NCBI GenBank assembly: GCA_964016885.1
Contig: OZ024741.1
Coordinates: 28,520,001 to 28,584,000, forward strand
DNA from: Eledone cirrhosa
Lineage: Eukaryota
DNA length: 64,000 bases
Direction of reading: 5' to 3'
A program made the position numbers and the translations under genes. Under the pieces are notes generated by a model. It searched no databases. It saw only the letters and a program-made list of their open reading frames with translations, and was not told the origin of the DNA. This document shows, one piece after another, positions 15,001 through 28,873 of the stretch (positions within the stretch are counted from its first letter, which is position 1; each line of letters starts with the position of its first letter).

Positions 15001-18000
15001 TATAACTACATATAGATACTGTCAGTGGTACTACAGTGTAGGTTATTGGTATATAACTGGTATATATAGGGATATAACTACATATAGATACTGTCAGTGG
15101 TACTACAGTGTAGGCTATTGGTATATAACTGGTATATATAGGGATATAACTACATATAGATATTGTAAGTGGTACTACAGTGTAGGTTATTGGTAGATAA
15201 CTGGTATATATAGGGATATAACTACATATAGATACTATCAGTGTTAGTACAGTAAAGAATATTGGTAGAGAACTGGTATATATAGGGATAGAACTACATA
15301 GAGATACTGTCAGTGGTACTACAGTGTAGGTTATTGGTATATAACTGGTATATATAAGGATATAACTACATATAGATACTGTCAGTGGTACTACAGTGTA
15401 GGTTATTGGTATATAACTGGTATATATAGGGATATAACTACGTAAAGATACTGTCAGTGGTACTGCAGTGTAGGTTATTGGTAGATAACTGGTATATATA
15501 GGGATATAACTACATATAGATACTGTCAGTGGTACTACAGTGTAGATTATTGGTAGATAACTGTTATATGTAGTGATATAACTACATATAGATACTGTCA
15601 GTGGTACTACAGTGTAGGTTATTGGTAGATAACTGGTATATATAGGGATATAACTACATATAGATACTGTCAGTGGTACTACAGTGTAGGTTATTGGTAT
15701 ATTACTGGAATATATAGGGATATAACTACACATAGATACTCTCAGTGGTACTACAGTGTAGGTTATTGGTATATAACTGGTATATATAGGGATATAGCTA
15801 CATATAGATACTGTCAGTGGTACTACATTGTAGGTTATTGGTATATAACTGGAATATATAGCGATATAACTACACATAGATACTGTCAGTGGTACTACAG
15901 TGTAGGTTATTGGTATATAACTGGTATATATAGGGATACAACTACATATAGATACTGTCAGTGGTACCATAGTGTAGGTTATTGGTATATAACTGGTATA
16001 TATAGGGATATAACTACACATAGATACTGTCAGTGGTACTACAGAGTAGGTTATTGGTAGATAACTGGTATATATAGGGATATAACTACATATAGATACT
16101 GTCAGTGGTACTACAGTGTAAGTTATTGCTAGATAACTGGTATATATGGGGATATAACTACATATAGATACTGTCAGTGGTACTACGGTGTAGGTTATTG
16201 GTAGCTAACTGGTATATATAGGGACATAACTACATATAGATACTGTCAATTGTACTACAGTGTAGATTATTGGTAGATAACTGGTATATATAGGGATATA
16301 ACTACATATAGATACTGTCAGTGTTACTACAGTGTAGGTTATTGGTAGATAACTGGTATATATAGTGATATAACTACATATAGATACTGTCAGTGGTACT
16401 ACAGTGTAGGTTATTGGTAGATAACTGGTATATATAGGGATATAAATACATATAGATACTGTCAGTGGTACTACAGTCTATGTTAATGGTAGATAACTGG
16501 TATATATAGGGATATAACTACATAGAGATACTGACAGTGGTACTACAGTGTAGGTTATTGGTAGATAACTGGTATATATAGGGATATAACTACACATAGA
16601 TACTGTCAGTGGTACTACAGTGTAGGTTATTGGTATATAACTGGTACATACAGGAATATAACTACATATAGATACTGTCAGTGGTACTATAGTGTAGGTT
16701 ATTGGTATATAACTGGTATATATAGGGATATAACTACACATACATACTGTCAGTGGTACTACAGTGTAGGTTATTGGTAGATAACTGGTATATATAGGGA
16801 TATAACTACATATAGATACTGACAGTGGTACTACAGTGTAGGTTATTGGTAGATAACTGGTATATATAGGGATATGACTACATATAGATACTGTCAGTGG
16901 TACTACAGTGTAGGTTATTGGTATATAACTGGAATATATAGGGATATAACTACATATACAGATACCGTCAGTTTTACTACAGTGTAGGTTATTGGTAGAT
17001 AACTGGTATATATAGGGATATAACTACACATAGATACTGTCAGTGGTACTACAGTGTAAGTTATTGGTAGATAACTGGTATATGTAGGGATATAACTACA
17101 CATAGATACTGTCAGTGTTACTACAGTGTAGGTTATTGGTATAGAACTGGTATATATAGGGATATAACTACATATAGATACGGTCAGTGGTACTACAGTG
17201 TAGGTTATTGGTATATAACTGGTATATATAGGGATATAACTACATATAGATACTGTCAGTGGTACTACAGTGTAGGTTATTGGTAGATAACTGGTATATA
17301 TAGGGATATAACTACATATAGATACTATCAGTGTTAGTACAGTAAAGATTATTGGTAGAGAATTGGTATATATAGGGATAGAACTACATATAGATACTGT
17401 CAGTGGTACTACAGTGTAGGTTATTGGTATATAACTGGTATATATAGGGATATAACTACATATAGATACTGTCAGTGGTACTACAGTGTAGGTTATTGGT
17501 ATATAACTGGTATATATAGGGATATAACTACATATAGATACTGTCAGTGTTACTACAGTGTAGGTTATTGGTATATAACTGGTATATATAGGGATATAAC
17601 TACATATAGATACTGTCAGTGGTACTACAGTGTAGGTTATTGGTATATAACTGGTATATATAGGGATATAACTACACATAGACACTGTCAGTGGTACTAC
17701 AGTGTAGGTTATTGGTAGATAACTGGTATATATAGGGATATAACTACATATACAGATACTGTCAATCTTACTACAGTGTAGGTTATTGGTATATAACTGG
17801 TATATATAGGTGTATAACTACATATAGATACTGACAGTGGTACTACAGTGTAGGTAATTGGTAGATAACTGGTATATATATGGATATAACTACATATAGA
17901 TACTGCCAGTGGTACTACAGTGTAGGTTATTGGTATATAACTGGTATATATAGGGATATAACTACATATAGATACTGTCAGTGGTACTACAGTGTAGGTT

Positions 18001-21000
18001 ATTGGTAGATAACTGGTATATATAGGGATATAACTACATATAGATACTGTCAGTGGTACTATAGTGTAGTTTATTGGTAGAGAACAGGTATATATAGGGA
18101 TATAACTACATAGAGATACTGTCAGTAGTACTACAGTTTAGGTTATTGGTAGATAACTGGTATATATAGGGATATAACTACATAGAGATACTGTCAGTGG
18201 TACTACAGTGTAGGTTATTGGTAGATAACTGGTATATATAGGGATATAACTACATAGAGATACTGTCAGTGGTACTACAGTGTAGGTTATTGGTAGATAA
18301 CTGGTATATATAGGGATATGACTACATATAGATACTGTCAGTGGTACTACAGTGTAGGTTATTGGTATATAACTGGAATATATCGGGATATATCTACATA
18401 TACAGATACTGTCAGTTTTACTACAGTGTAGGTTATTGGTAGATAACTGGTATATATAGGGATATAACTACACATAGATACTGTCAGTGGTACTACAGTG
18501 TAAGTTATTGGTAGATAACTGGTATATGTAGGGATATAACTACACATAGATACTGTCAGTGTTACTACAGTGTAGGTTATTGGTATATAACTGGTATATA
18601 TAGGGATATAACTACATATAGATACTGTCAGTGGTACTACAGTGTAGGCTATTGGTATACAACTGGTATATATAGGGATATAACTACATATAGATATTGT
18701 AAGTGGTACTACAGTGTAGGTTATTGGTAGATAACTGGTATATATAGGGATATAACTACATATAGATACTATCAGTGTTAATACAGTAAAGATTATTGTT
18801 AGAGAATTGGTATATATAGGGATAGAACTACATATATATACTGTCAGTGGTACTACAGTGTAGGTTATTGGTATATAACTGGTATATATAGGGATATAAC
18901 TACATATAGATACTGTCAGTGGTACTACAGTGTAGGTTATTGGTATATAACTGGTATATATAGGGATATAACTACATATAGATACTGTCAGTGTTACTAC
19001 AGTGTAGGTTATTGGTATATAACTGGTATATATAGGGATATAACTACATATAGATACTGTCAGTGGTACTACAGTGTAAGTTATTGGTAGATAACTGGTA
19101 TATATAGGGATATAACTACATAAAGATACTGTCAGTGGTACTGCAGTGTAGGTTATTGGTAGATAACTGGTATATATAGGGACATAACTACATATAGATA
19201 CTGTCAGTGGTACTACAGTGTAGATTATTGGTAGATAACTGGTATATATAGTGATATAACTACATATAGATACTGTCAGTGGTACTACAGTGTAGGTTAT
19301 TGGTAGATAACTGGTATATATAGGGCTATAACTACATATAGATACTGTCAGTGGTACTACAGTGTAGGTTATTGGTAGAGAACTGGTATATATAGGGATA
19401 TCACTACATAGAGATACTGTCAGTAGTATTACAGTTTAGGTTATTGGTATATAACTGGTATATATAGGGATATAACTACACATAGATACTCTCAGTGATA
19501 CTACAGTGTAGGTTATTGGTATATAACTGGTATATATAGGGATATAACTACTTATAGATACTGTCAGTGGTACTACAGTGTAGGTTATTGGTAGATAACT
19601 GGTATATATAGGGATATAACTACATATACAGATACTGTCAGTCTTACTACAGTGTAGGTTATTGGTATATAACTGGTATATATAGGGATATAACTACATA
19701 TAGATACTCTCAGTGGTACTACAGTGTAGGTTATTGGTATATAACTGGTATATATAGGGATATAACTACACATAGATACTGTCAGTGTTACTACAGTGTA
19801 GGTTATTGGTATAGAACTGGTATATATAGGGATATAACTACATGTAGATACTGTCAGTGGTACTACAGTAAAGATTATTGGTAGAGAACTGGTATATATA
19901 GGGATAGAACTACATATAGATACTCTCAGTGGTACTACAGTGTAGGTTATTGGTTGATAGCTGGTATATATAGGGATACAACTACATATACAGATACTGT
20001 CAGTCTTACTACAGTGTAGGTTAATGGTATATAACTGGTATATATAGGGATATAACTACATATAGATACTGTCAGTGGTACTATAGTGTAGGTTATTGGT
20101 AGATAACTGGTATATATAGGGACATAGCTACATATAGATACTGTCAGTGGTACTACAGTGTATATTATTGGTAGAAAACTGGTATATATAGGGATATAAC
20201 TACATATAGATACTGTCAGTGGTACTACAGTGTAGGTTATTGGTTGATAGCTGGTATATATAAGGATATAACTACACATAGATACTGTCAGTGGTACTAC
20301 AGTGTAGGTTATTGGTAGATAACTGGTATATATAGAGATATAACAACATATAGTTACTGTCAGTGGTACTACAGTGTAGGTTATTGGTATATAACTGGTA
20401 TATATAGGGACATAACTACATATAGATACTGTCAGTGGTACTAGAGTGTAGGTTATTGGTAGATAACTGGTATATATATGGATATAACTACATATAGATA
20501 CTGTCTGTGGTACTACAGTGTAGGTTATTGGTAGATAACTGGTATATATAGGGATATAACTACATATAGATACTGTCAGTGGTACTACAGTGTAGGTTAT
20601 TGGTAGATGACTGGTATATATAGGGATATAACTACATAGAGATACTGTCAATGGTACTACAGTTTAGGTTATTGGTAGATAACTGGTATATATAGGGATA
20701 TAACTACACATAGATACTGTCAGTATTACTACAGTGTAGGTTATTGGTATAGAACTGGTATATATAGGGATATAACTACATGTAGATACTGTCAGTGGTA
20801 CTACAGTAAAGATTATTGGTAGAGAACTGGTATATATAGGGATAGAATTACATATAGATACTGTCAGTGGTACTACAGTGTAGGTTATTGGTATATAACT
20901 GGTATATATAGGGACATAACTACATACAGATACTGTCAGTGGTACTACAGTGTAGGTTATTGGTATATAACTGGAATATATAGGTCATATAACTATATAT

Positions 21001-24000
21001 AGATACTCTCAGTGATACTACAGTGTAGGTTATTGGTATATAACTGGTATATATAGGGATATAACTACATATACAGATACTGTCAGTATTACTACAGTGT
21101 AGGTTATTGGTAGAGAACTGGTATATATTGGGATATAACTACATATACAGATACTCTCAGTCTTACTACAGTGTAGATTATCGGTAGATAACTGGTATAT
21201 ATAGGGATATAACTACATATAGTTACTGTCAGTGGTACTACAGTGTAGGTTATTGGTATATAACTGGTATATATTGGGATATAACTACATATAGATACTG
21301 TCAGTTGTACTAAAGTGTAGGTTATTGGTATATAACTGGTATATATAGGGATATAACTACATATAGATACTGTCAGTGGTACTACAGTGTAGGTTATTGG
21401 TTGATAGCTGGTATATATAGGGACATAACTACATATAGATACTGTCAGTGGTACTACAGTGTAGGTTATTGGTTGATAGCTGGTATATATAGGGATATAA
21501 CTACATATACAGATACTGTCAGTCTTACTACAGTGTAGGTTATTGGTATATATCTGGTATATATAGGGATATAACTACATATAGATACTGACAGTGGTAC
21601 TATAGTGTAGGTTATTGGTAGATAACTGGTATATATAGGGACATAACTACATATAGATACTGTCAGTGGTACTACAGTGTATATTATTGGTAGATAACTG
21701 GTATATATAGGGCTATAACTACATATAGATACTGTCAGTGGTACTACAGTGTAGGTTATTGGTTGATAGCTGGTATATTTAGGGATATAACTACACATAG
21801 ATACTGTCAGTGGTACTACAGTGTAGGTTTTTGGTAGATAACTGGTATATATAGAGATATATCTACATATAGTTACTGTCAGTGGTACTACAGTGTAGGT
21901 TATTGGTATATAACTGGTATATATAGGGATATAACTAAATATAGATACTGTCAGTGGTACTAGAGTGTAGGTTATTGGTATATAACTGGTATATATAGGG
22001 ATATAACTACATATAGATACTGTCAGTGGTAGTACAGTGTAGGTTATTGGTTGAGAACTGGTATATATAGGGATATAACTACATATACAGATACTGTCAG
22101 TCTTACTACAGTGTTGGTTATTGGTATATAACTGGTATATATAGGGATATAACTACATATACAGATACTGTCAGTCTTACTACAGTGTAGGTTATTGGTT
22201 GATAGCTGGTATATATAGGGATATAACTACACATAGATACTGTCAGTGGTACTACAGTGTAGGTTATTGGTAGATAACTGGTATATATAGAGATATAACT
22301 ACATATAGTTACTGTCAGTGGTACTACAGTGTAGGTTATTGGTATATAACTGGTATGTATAGGGATATAACTACATATAGATACTGTCAGCGGTACTAGA
22401 GTGTAGGTTATTGGTATATAACTGGTATATATAGGGATTTAACTACATATAGATACTGTCAGTGGTACTACAGTGTAGGTTATTGGTAGATAACTGGTAT
22501 ATATAGGGATATAACTACACATAGATACTTTCAGTGGTACTACAGTGTAGGTTATTGGTAGATAACTGGTATATATAGTGATATAACTACACATAGATAC
22601 TGTCAGTGGTACTACAGTGTAAGTTATTGGTAGATAACTGGTATATATAGGGATATAACTACATATATACACTGTCAGTGGTACTACAGTGTAGGTTATT
22701 GGTAGATAACTGGTATATATAGGGATATAACTACATATAGATACTGTCAGTGGTACTACAGTGTAGGTTATTGGTATATAACTGGTATATATAGGGATAT
22801 AACTACATATAGATACTGTCAGTGGTACTAGAGTGTAGGTTATTGGTATATAACTGGTATATATAGGGATATAACTACATATAGATACTGTCAGTGGTAC
22901 TAGAGTGTAGGTTATTGGTATATAACTGGTATATATAGGGATATAACTACATATAGATACTGTCAGTTGTACTACAGTGCAGGTTATTGGTAGAGAACTG
23001 GTATATATAGGGATATAACTACATATACAGATACTGTCAGTCTTACTACAGTGTAGGTTATTGGTAGATAACTGGTATATATAGGGATATAACTACACAT
23101 AGATACTGACAGTGGTACTACAGTGTAGGTTATTGGTATATAACTGGTATATATAGGGATATAACTACACATAGATACTGGCAGTGGTACTACAGTGTAG
23201 GTTATTGGTATATAACTGGTATATATAGTGATATAACTACATATAGATACTGTCAGTGGTACTAGAGTGTAGGTTATTGGTATATAACTTGTATATATAG
23301 GGATATAACTACAGATAGATACTGTCAGTGGTACTATAGTGTAGGTTATTGGTATATAACTGGTATATATAGGGATATAACTACATATAGATACTGTCAG
23401 TGGTACTACAGTGTAGGTTATTGGTATATAACTCGTATATATAGGGATATAACTACATATAGATACTGTCAGTGGTACTAGAGTGTAGGTTATTAGTATA
23501 TAACTGGTATATATAGGGATATAACTACATATAGATACTGTCAGTTGTACTACAGTGCAGGTTATTGGTAGAGAACTGGTATATATAGGGATATAACTAC
23601 ATATACAGATACTGTCAGTCTTACTACAGTGTAGGTTATTGGCAGATAACTGGTATATATAGGGATATAACTACACATAGATACTGACAGTGGTACTACA
23701 GTGTAGGTTATTGGTATATAACTGGTATATATAGGGATATAACTACACATAGATACTGACAGTGGTACTACAGTGTTAGTTATTGGTATATAACTGGTAT
23801 ATATAGTGATATAACTACATATAGATACTGTCAGTGGTACTAGAGTGTAGGTTATTGGTATATAACTTGTATATATAGGGATATAACTACAGATAGATAC
23901 TGTCAGTGGTACTATAGTGTAGGCTATTGGTATATAACTGGTATATATAGGGATATAACTACATATAGATACTGTCAGTGTTACTACAGTGTAGGTTATT

Positions 24001-24194
24001 GGTATATAACTGGTATATATAGGGATATAACTACAGATAGATACTGTCAGTGGTACTATAGTGTAGGTTATTGGTATATAACTGGTATATATGGGGATAT
24101 AACTACAGATCGATACTGTCAGTGGTACTATAGTGTAGGTTATTGGCATATAACTGGTATATATAATGATATAGCTACATATACAGATACTGAC
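1..24194. repeat. 72-bp tandem satellite array with higher-order duplications (runs off left edge)
   Basis: Consensus AGATACTGTCAGTGGTACTACAGTGTAGGTTATTGGTAGATAACTGGTATATATAGGGATATAACTACATAT repeats continuously, with occasional 70/71/74-bp variants. Identical variant blocks recur at offsets of 4831, 5481 and 4759 bp in the ORF track. Confidence 0.98.
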
Positions 24195-24672
24195 CCACAC
24201 AGACACTCACTCACTCACTCACACACACACGGAAACTCACCCCAACACAGATACTCACCCACAGACACAGACACTCACCCTCCTCACCTGGACACTAACC
24301 CCCCCCCCCACACACACATACACAGACATACACACAGATACTCTCCTCACACACAGACACTCACCCACCCAACCACAACACACATGGACACTCAACCCCA
24401 CACAGATACTCACCCCCCACACAGGCACTCACCCACTCAACCACACACATTGACCCTCCCCCCACACATACACACTGATACTCACCCCCTCACAGACACT
24501 GACCCACCTATCCACCCAGAGACACATGTACACTCACCCCCACACAGATACTCACCCCCACACAGGCACTCAACCACTCACACACAGGAAACTGCCCACA
24601 CAGACTCAGACACAGCACAGACACCACAGAGTAGCCACCCATCCAGACAGTACTCACCAACCCACTCACACA
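24195..24672. repeat. Degenerate CA-rich low-complexity repeat (CACAGAYACTCACCC-like)
   Basis: Repeated acacagatactcaccc / acagacactcaccc motifs directly abut the satellite end. Confidence 0.85.
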
Positions 24673-24699
24673 TTACTCCACTCTGCTTGGCGGTCAGCA

Positions 24700-25010
24700 G
24701 AACCTCGGCTGGTAGACAACTGCACCAAGTTACCACACTGCCTTATTATGTGTAGTAGAGCCGGACTAAAAAACAAACACCGGTGGCTCTCTGACAGGTT
24801 TGCGGTCGTGCCCCTAGCAGTGGAGACTTCTGGTGTCCTTGGCCCTAGGGCTACCTCCCTACTTACCACCACAGGCGCTGAGCTGGCTAGCTGCAGGTGT
24901 GAGCCTCGCGAGAAGGAATGGCTCTTCCAGCGCATCTCCCTTACCATCCTCCGGGGAAACACCTTCTCCATTCTGTCCGCCGGGGCTGTGGGGAGGCCAG
25001 CACGTGGGAT
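24700..25010 (+). mobile_element. CRE-clade non-LTR retrotransposon, C-terminal restriction-like endonuclease fragment
   Basis: ORF 24526..25065 contains KNKH..L..RFAVVPLAVETSGVLGP..A..LL...EKEWLFQRISLTILRGNTFSIL, matching the CRE RLE tail pattern F.PLAVETLG.WG...LFQRLS.A.QRGNA..IL. No RT upstream. Confidence 0.7.
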
Positions 25011-25029
25011 CCTATTTGCTCTTAATACA

Positions 25030-25330
25030 GAGAGATGGGGAGAGCGAGACAAGTGGAGGCGATGACAGTGGGAGTTCGGCTCTTCCGTGTTCGGACCTGG
25101 TGTACGTGAGAGATGGGGAGAGCGAGAGAGATGGAGGCGATGGCAGTGGGAGTTCGGCTCTTCCGTGTTCGGACCTGGTGTACGTGAGAGATGGGGAGAG
25201 CGAGAGAGATGGAGGCGATGACAGTGGGAGTTCGGCTCTTCCGTGTTCGGACCTGGTGTACGTGGGAGATGGGGAGAGCGAGAGAGATGGAGGCGATGGC
25301 AGTGGGAGTTCGGCTCTTCCGTGTTCGGAC
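25030..25330. repeat. 78-bp GC-rich minisatellite, about 3.9 copies
   Basis: GAGAGATGGGGAGAGCGAGAGAGATGGAGGCGATG(G/A)CAGTGGGAGTTCGGCTCTTCCGTGTTCGGACCTGGTGTACGT units; 26-aa periodicity in the ORF track. Confidence 0.95.
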
Positions 25331-26079
25331 ACATCAATTCTATGTTGATGTTATTTAGGACTATATTATCTACTTCCAATAAACTGATATTCGAAGACAC
25401 GAATATTGACAGAAACATAAGCCTCACATGGAACTGCAAATCAAGTGGTGCTAAGGCTTGTATTAATAGTTAGCTGTCTATTCTGGCTAATCTAAGATAT
25501 AGGGTGTCTTTTAACAAGGCAGATGTTCAATTGTAAGGTATTTATGTGGAATTGGTAAGTGTCATTGTCTGCAATGGACCATGACTTCAAAGAAGAGGCA
25601 ATGGATCTGTGAACTCAAGATAGGTTTTGTATTAAAAGAACATACCCACACATACTTACACATAGAATAGAAATTTACCCTTGTCGTCACACGAAAGTCA
25701 CATGAGTCAATATATCTGGAATGGTCTGTTTAATTCCCAATAGTAAACAGAATCCTTTCGTTGTCCCAGAGTGAAAATGATACAGAATAACAACCGCAAA
25801 TGTTCATGTAAAACTCATTTACATAGACCGTTAGCGGTTTCTGCTACACACAGCTGTTGTTAAATGCATAAATGCATATTTACAACAATTGCGTGTGCAA
25901 GTGGATCAGATACAGCTTCATCAGCAGAAGTTATCCATTTGGAATTGTATAGTATTACAGAACCTATGTGAATGACCGCAACTACCATCGTTTTTATTAA
26001 TATATATACACTCTACCTGTGCATCGAGTGCTCGTTTTGGTACCATCAACAGTAATTAACTAAATCCCATACGCACACA

Positions 26080-26130
<51 letters not shown>

Positions 26131-26484
26131 CACACATGTCTACATATACATATACATATACATATTATATATACATACAGACAGTCGATTTGTGCTTAAT
26201 TGCATAATTTTAGAAAATTTCCAGTCTTCAAAATACCGAAACATTTAATATGAAATCTATGCAAAACAGATCGATTAATTGTTTATACAAAGAACGTCGA
26301 TTTCTATTAATTGCAGCAAATGTTTCCCGATTGATAGGGAAAAAAAACAATAATGAAATCTTGCATGAAATTGAACATTTATTTGATTTTATATGAAAGT
26401 GATTCTGGAAGTGTCCGTTTCGGAACCTGTGTTGGTACTTGTATTAATGGTAATTATAGTATCTTGTAGTAATTATACCAACAC

Positions 26485-27310
26485 AGACATATACTGGCAC
26501 ATATATAGGCACACATATATAGGCACACATATATAGGCACACATATATAGGTACACATATATAGGTACATATATATAGGCACATATATATAGGCACACAT
26601 ATATAGGCACACATATATAGGCACACATATATAGGCACACATATATAGGTACACATATATAGGTACACATATATAGGCACACATATATAGGTACATATAT
26701 ATAGGCACATATATATAGGCACACATATATAGGCATACATATATAGGCATATATATATATAGGCATACATATATAGGCACACATATATAGGCGCACATAT
26801 ATAGGCACATATATATACGCACATATATATAGGCACATATATATAGGCACACATATATAGGCACACATATATAGGCACACATATTTAGGCACACATATAT
26901 AGGCACATATATATACGCACATATATATAGGCACATATATATATAGGCACACATATATAGGCACACATATATAGGCATACATATATATATATAGGCACAC
27001 ATATATAGGCACACATATATAGGCACATATATATAGGCACACATATATAGGCATACATATATAGGCACACATATATAGGCATACATATATAGGCACACAT
27101 ATATAGGCATACATATATAGGCACACATATATATATATATATATAGGCACACATATATAGGCACACATATATAGGCACACATATATAGGTACATATATAT
27201 AGACACACATATATAGGCACATATATATAGGCATACATATATAGGCACATATATATAGGCACACATATAGGCAACATATATAAGAACATATATATAGGCA
27301 CACATACACG
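26485..27310. repeat. ~14-bp minisatellite (ATATATAGGCACAC)n
   Basis: Direct inspection; unit length varies by AT dinucleotides. Confidence 0.95.
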
Positions 27311-28067
27311 TATACAGGCACACATACTAGCACATATACACACACATGCGTACAGAGACACATACAGGCACATATATATACAGACACACATATGCACTCA
27401 CACAGGCACACACACTGACACACAAACAGACTGATACGCATACTGACACACATACTGACACACACACTGATACACATACTGACACACACACACACTGACA
27501 CACACAAACACACACTGACACACATACTGACACACACACACTGACACACATACTGACACACACACACACACTGACACACATACTGACACACACATACACT
27601 GACACACATACTGACACACACACACACACACTGACACACATACTGACACACACACACACACTGACGCACACTGACACACACACACTGACGCACACTGACA
27701 CACACTCACACACAAACACAGACACTGACACATATACTGACACACACACACACTGACACACATACTGACACACAAACACACACACTGACACATACACTGA
27801 CACACACATACTGACACACACACTGACACACATACTGACACAAAAACACACACGCTGACACACACAGACACACAAACACACACACTAACACACACACACA
27901 CACTGACACATTGACACACACAGACTGACACACATACTGACACACACACACACACACACTGACACACATACTGACAAACACACACACACACTGACACACA
28001 CAAACACACACATTTTGGTATCACCACCAGTAATTTACTGAATCGCATACACACACACACACACACA

Positions 28068-28145
<78 letters not shown>
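27311..28145. repeat. Compound CA-rich repeat (CTGACACACA...), then (CA)n(CT)n(TA)n
   Basis: Direct inspection. Confidence 0.9.
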
Positions 28146-28147
<2 letters not shown>

Positions 28148-28770
28148 AAAATTAAATTAAGGGTGTCATGTCCGAGAGACATGCGCCATATCCACTGTAG
28201 AATATGCTCAAAGATTCCAATGAATAGATCCGAGCATTTTATATCAACTAGAAATTGATTGACATATATATATATCTAAAATAAACACATGAAACAATCA
28301 CAGGGAATAATTTGTAAAAGTGTGTAAGCACACATAGCTAGGTAGGTAACTAATTAAAGTTTAACTAGAACTTTAAATATATATATACCTTTTAAAATGA
28401 TTAATCTTCCTTGTATATATTTCATTAAAGAAATATATTTCACCATCAATCGATCGGTAAACCACAGTAGCCAAATCCCGAATTTTCAACAAGGGAGAAG
28501 ATTTAACTATCTGTGTTTACACAGCAAATTCAAATCTGCGAATGACTAGCAACGCGTGTTGCATTTTTTTAAAAATACACACATCGTACCAGCTTCATCC
28601 CAGTGGCGTAAATAGGATTATCGACAACTTATTTTAGATATATCATTTTAAAAGGTATCTATATTTAAAGTTCTAGTTAAACTTTAATTAGTTACCTACC
28701 TAGCTATGTGTGCTTACACACTTTTACAAATTATTCCCTGTGATTGTTTCATGTGTTTATTTTAGATATA

Positions 28771-28833
28771 CTCTTTTACTCTTTTACCTGTTTCAGCCAT
28801 CCGGTTGAGGCCATGCTGGGGCACCGCCCTTGT
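28771..28833 (-). mobile_element. RTE-type LINE/SINE 3' tail
   Basis: Minus strand reads AAGGGCGGTGCCCCAGCATGGCC...GCTGAAACAGGTAAAAGAGTAAAAGAG, the RTE-associated 3' stem and short tandem tail seen in octopus repeats. Confidence 0.75.
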
Positions 28834-28873
28834 AAAAATATGGAACGCTTCACGAATTTGCGTGTCATCCTTG
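28834..28873 (-). pseudogene. U6: U6 snRNA 3'-terminal fragment (retrocopy)
   Basis: The reverse complement reads CAAGGATGACACGCAAATTCGTGAAGCGTTCCATATTTTT, matching the conserved last 40 nt of metazoan U6. The 5' half and ACAGAGA box are absent. Confidence 0.93.

Noticed and set aside
1-24194. CRISPR-like array or ribozyme-bearing satellite
   Set aside because: No unique spacers or cas genes, the context is eukaryotic, and the monomer has no CTGANGA/GAAA core on either strand.
1-24206. Long minus-strand ORFs of (ICSYIPIYTSYLPITYTVVPLTVS)n as a repetitive protein gene
   Set aside because: A 72-bp unit without a stop in one frame gives ORFs automatically. Frameshifting 70/71/74-bp units and stop variants are propagated freely, and there are no unique termini.
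28834-28873. Functional U6 gene
   Set aside because: Only the 3' 40 nt are present; no 5' stem-loop, ACAGAGA box or upstream promoter.
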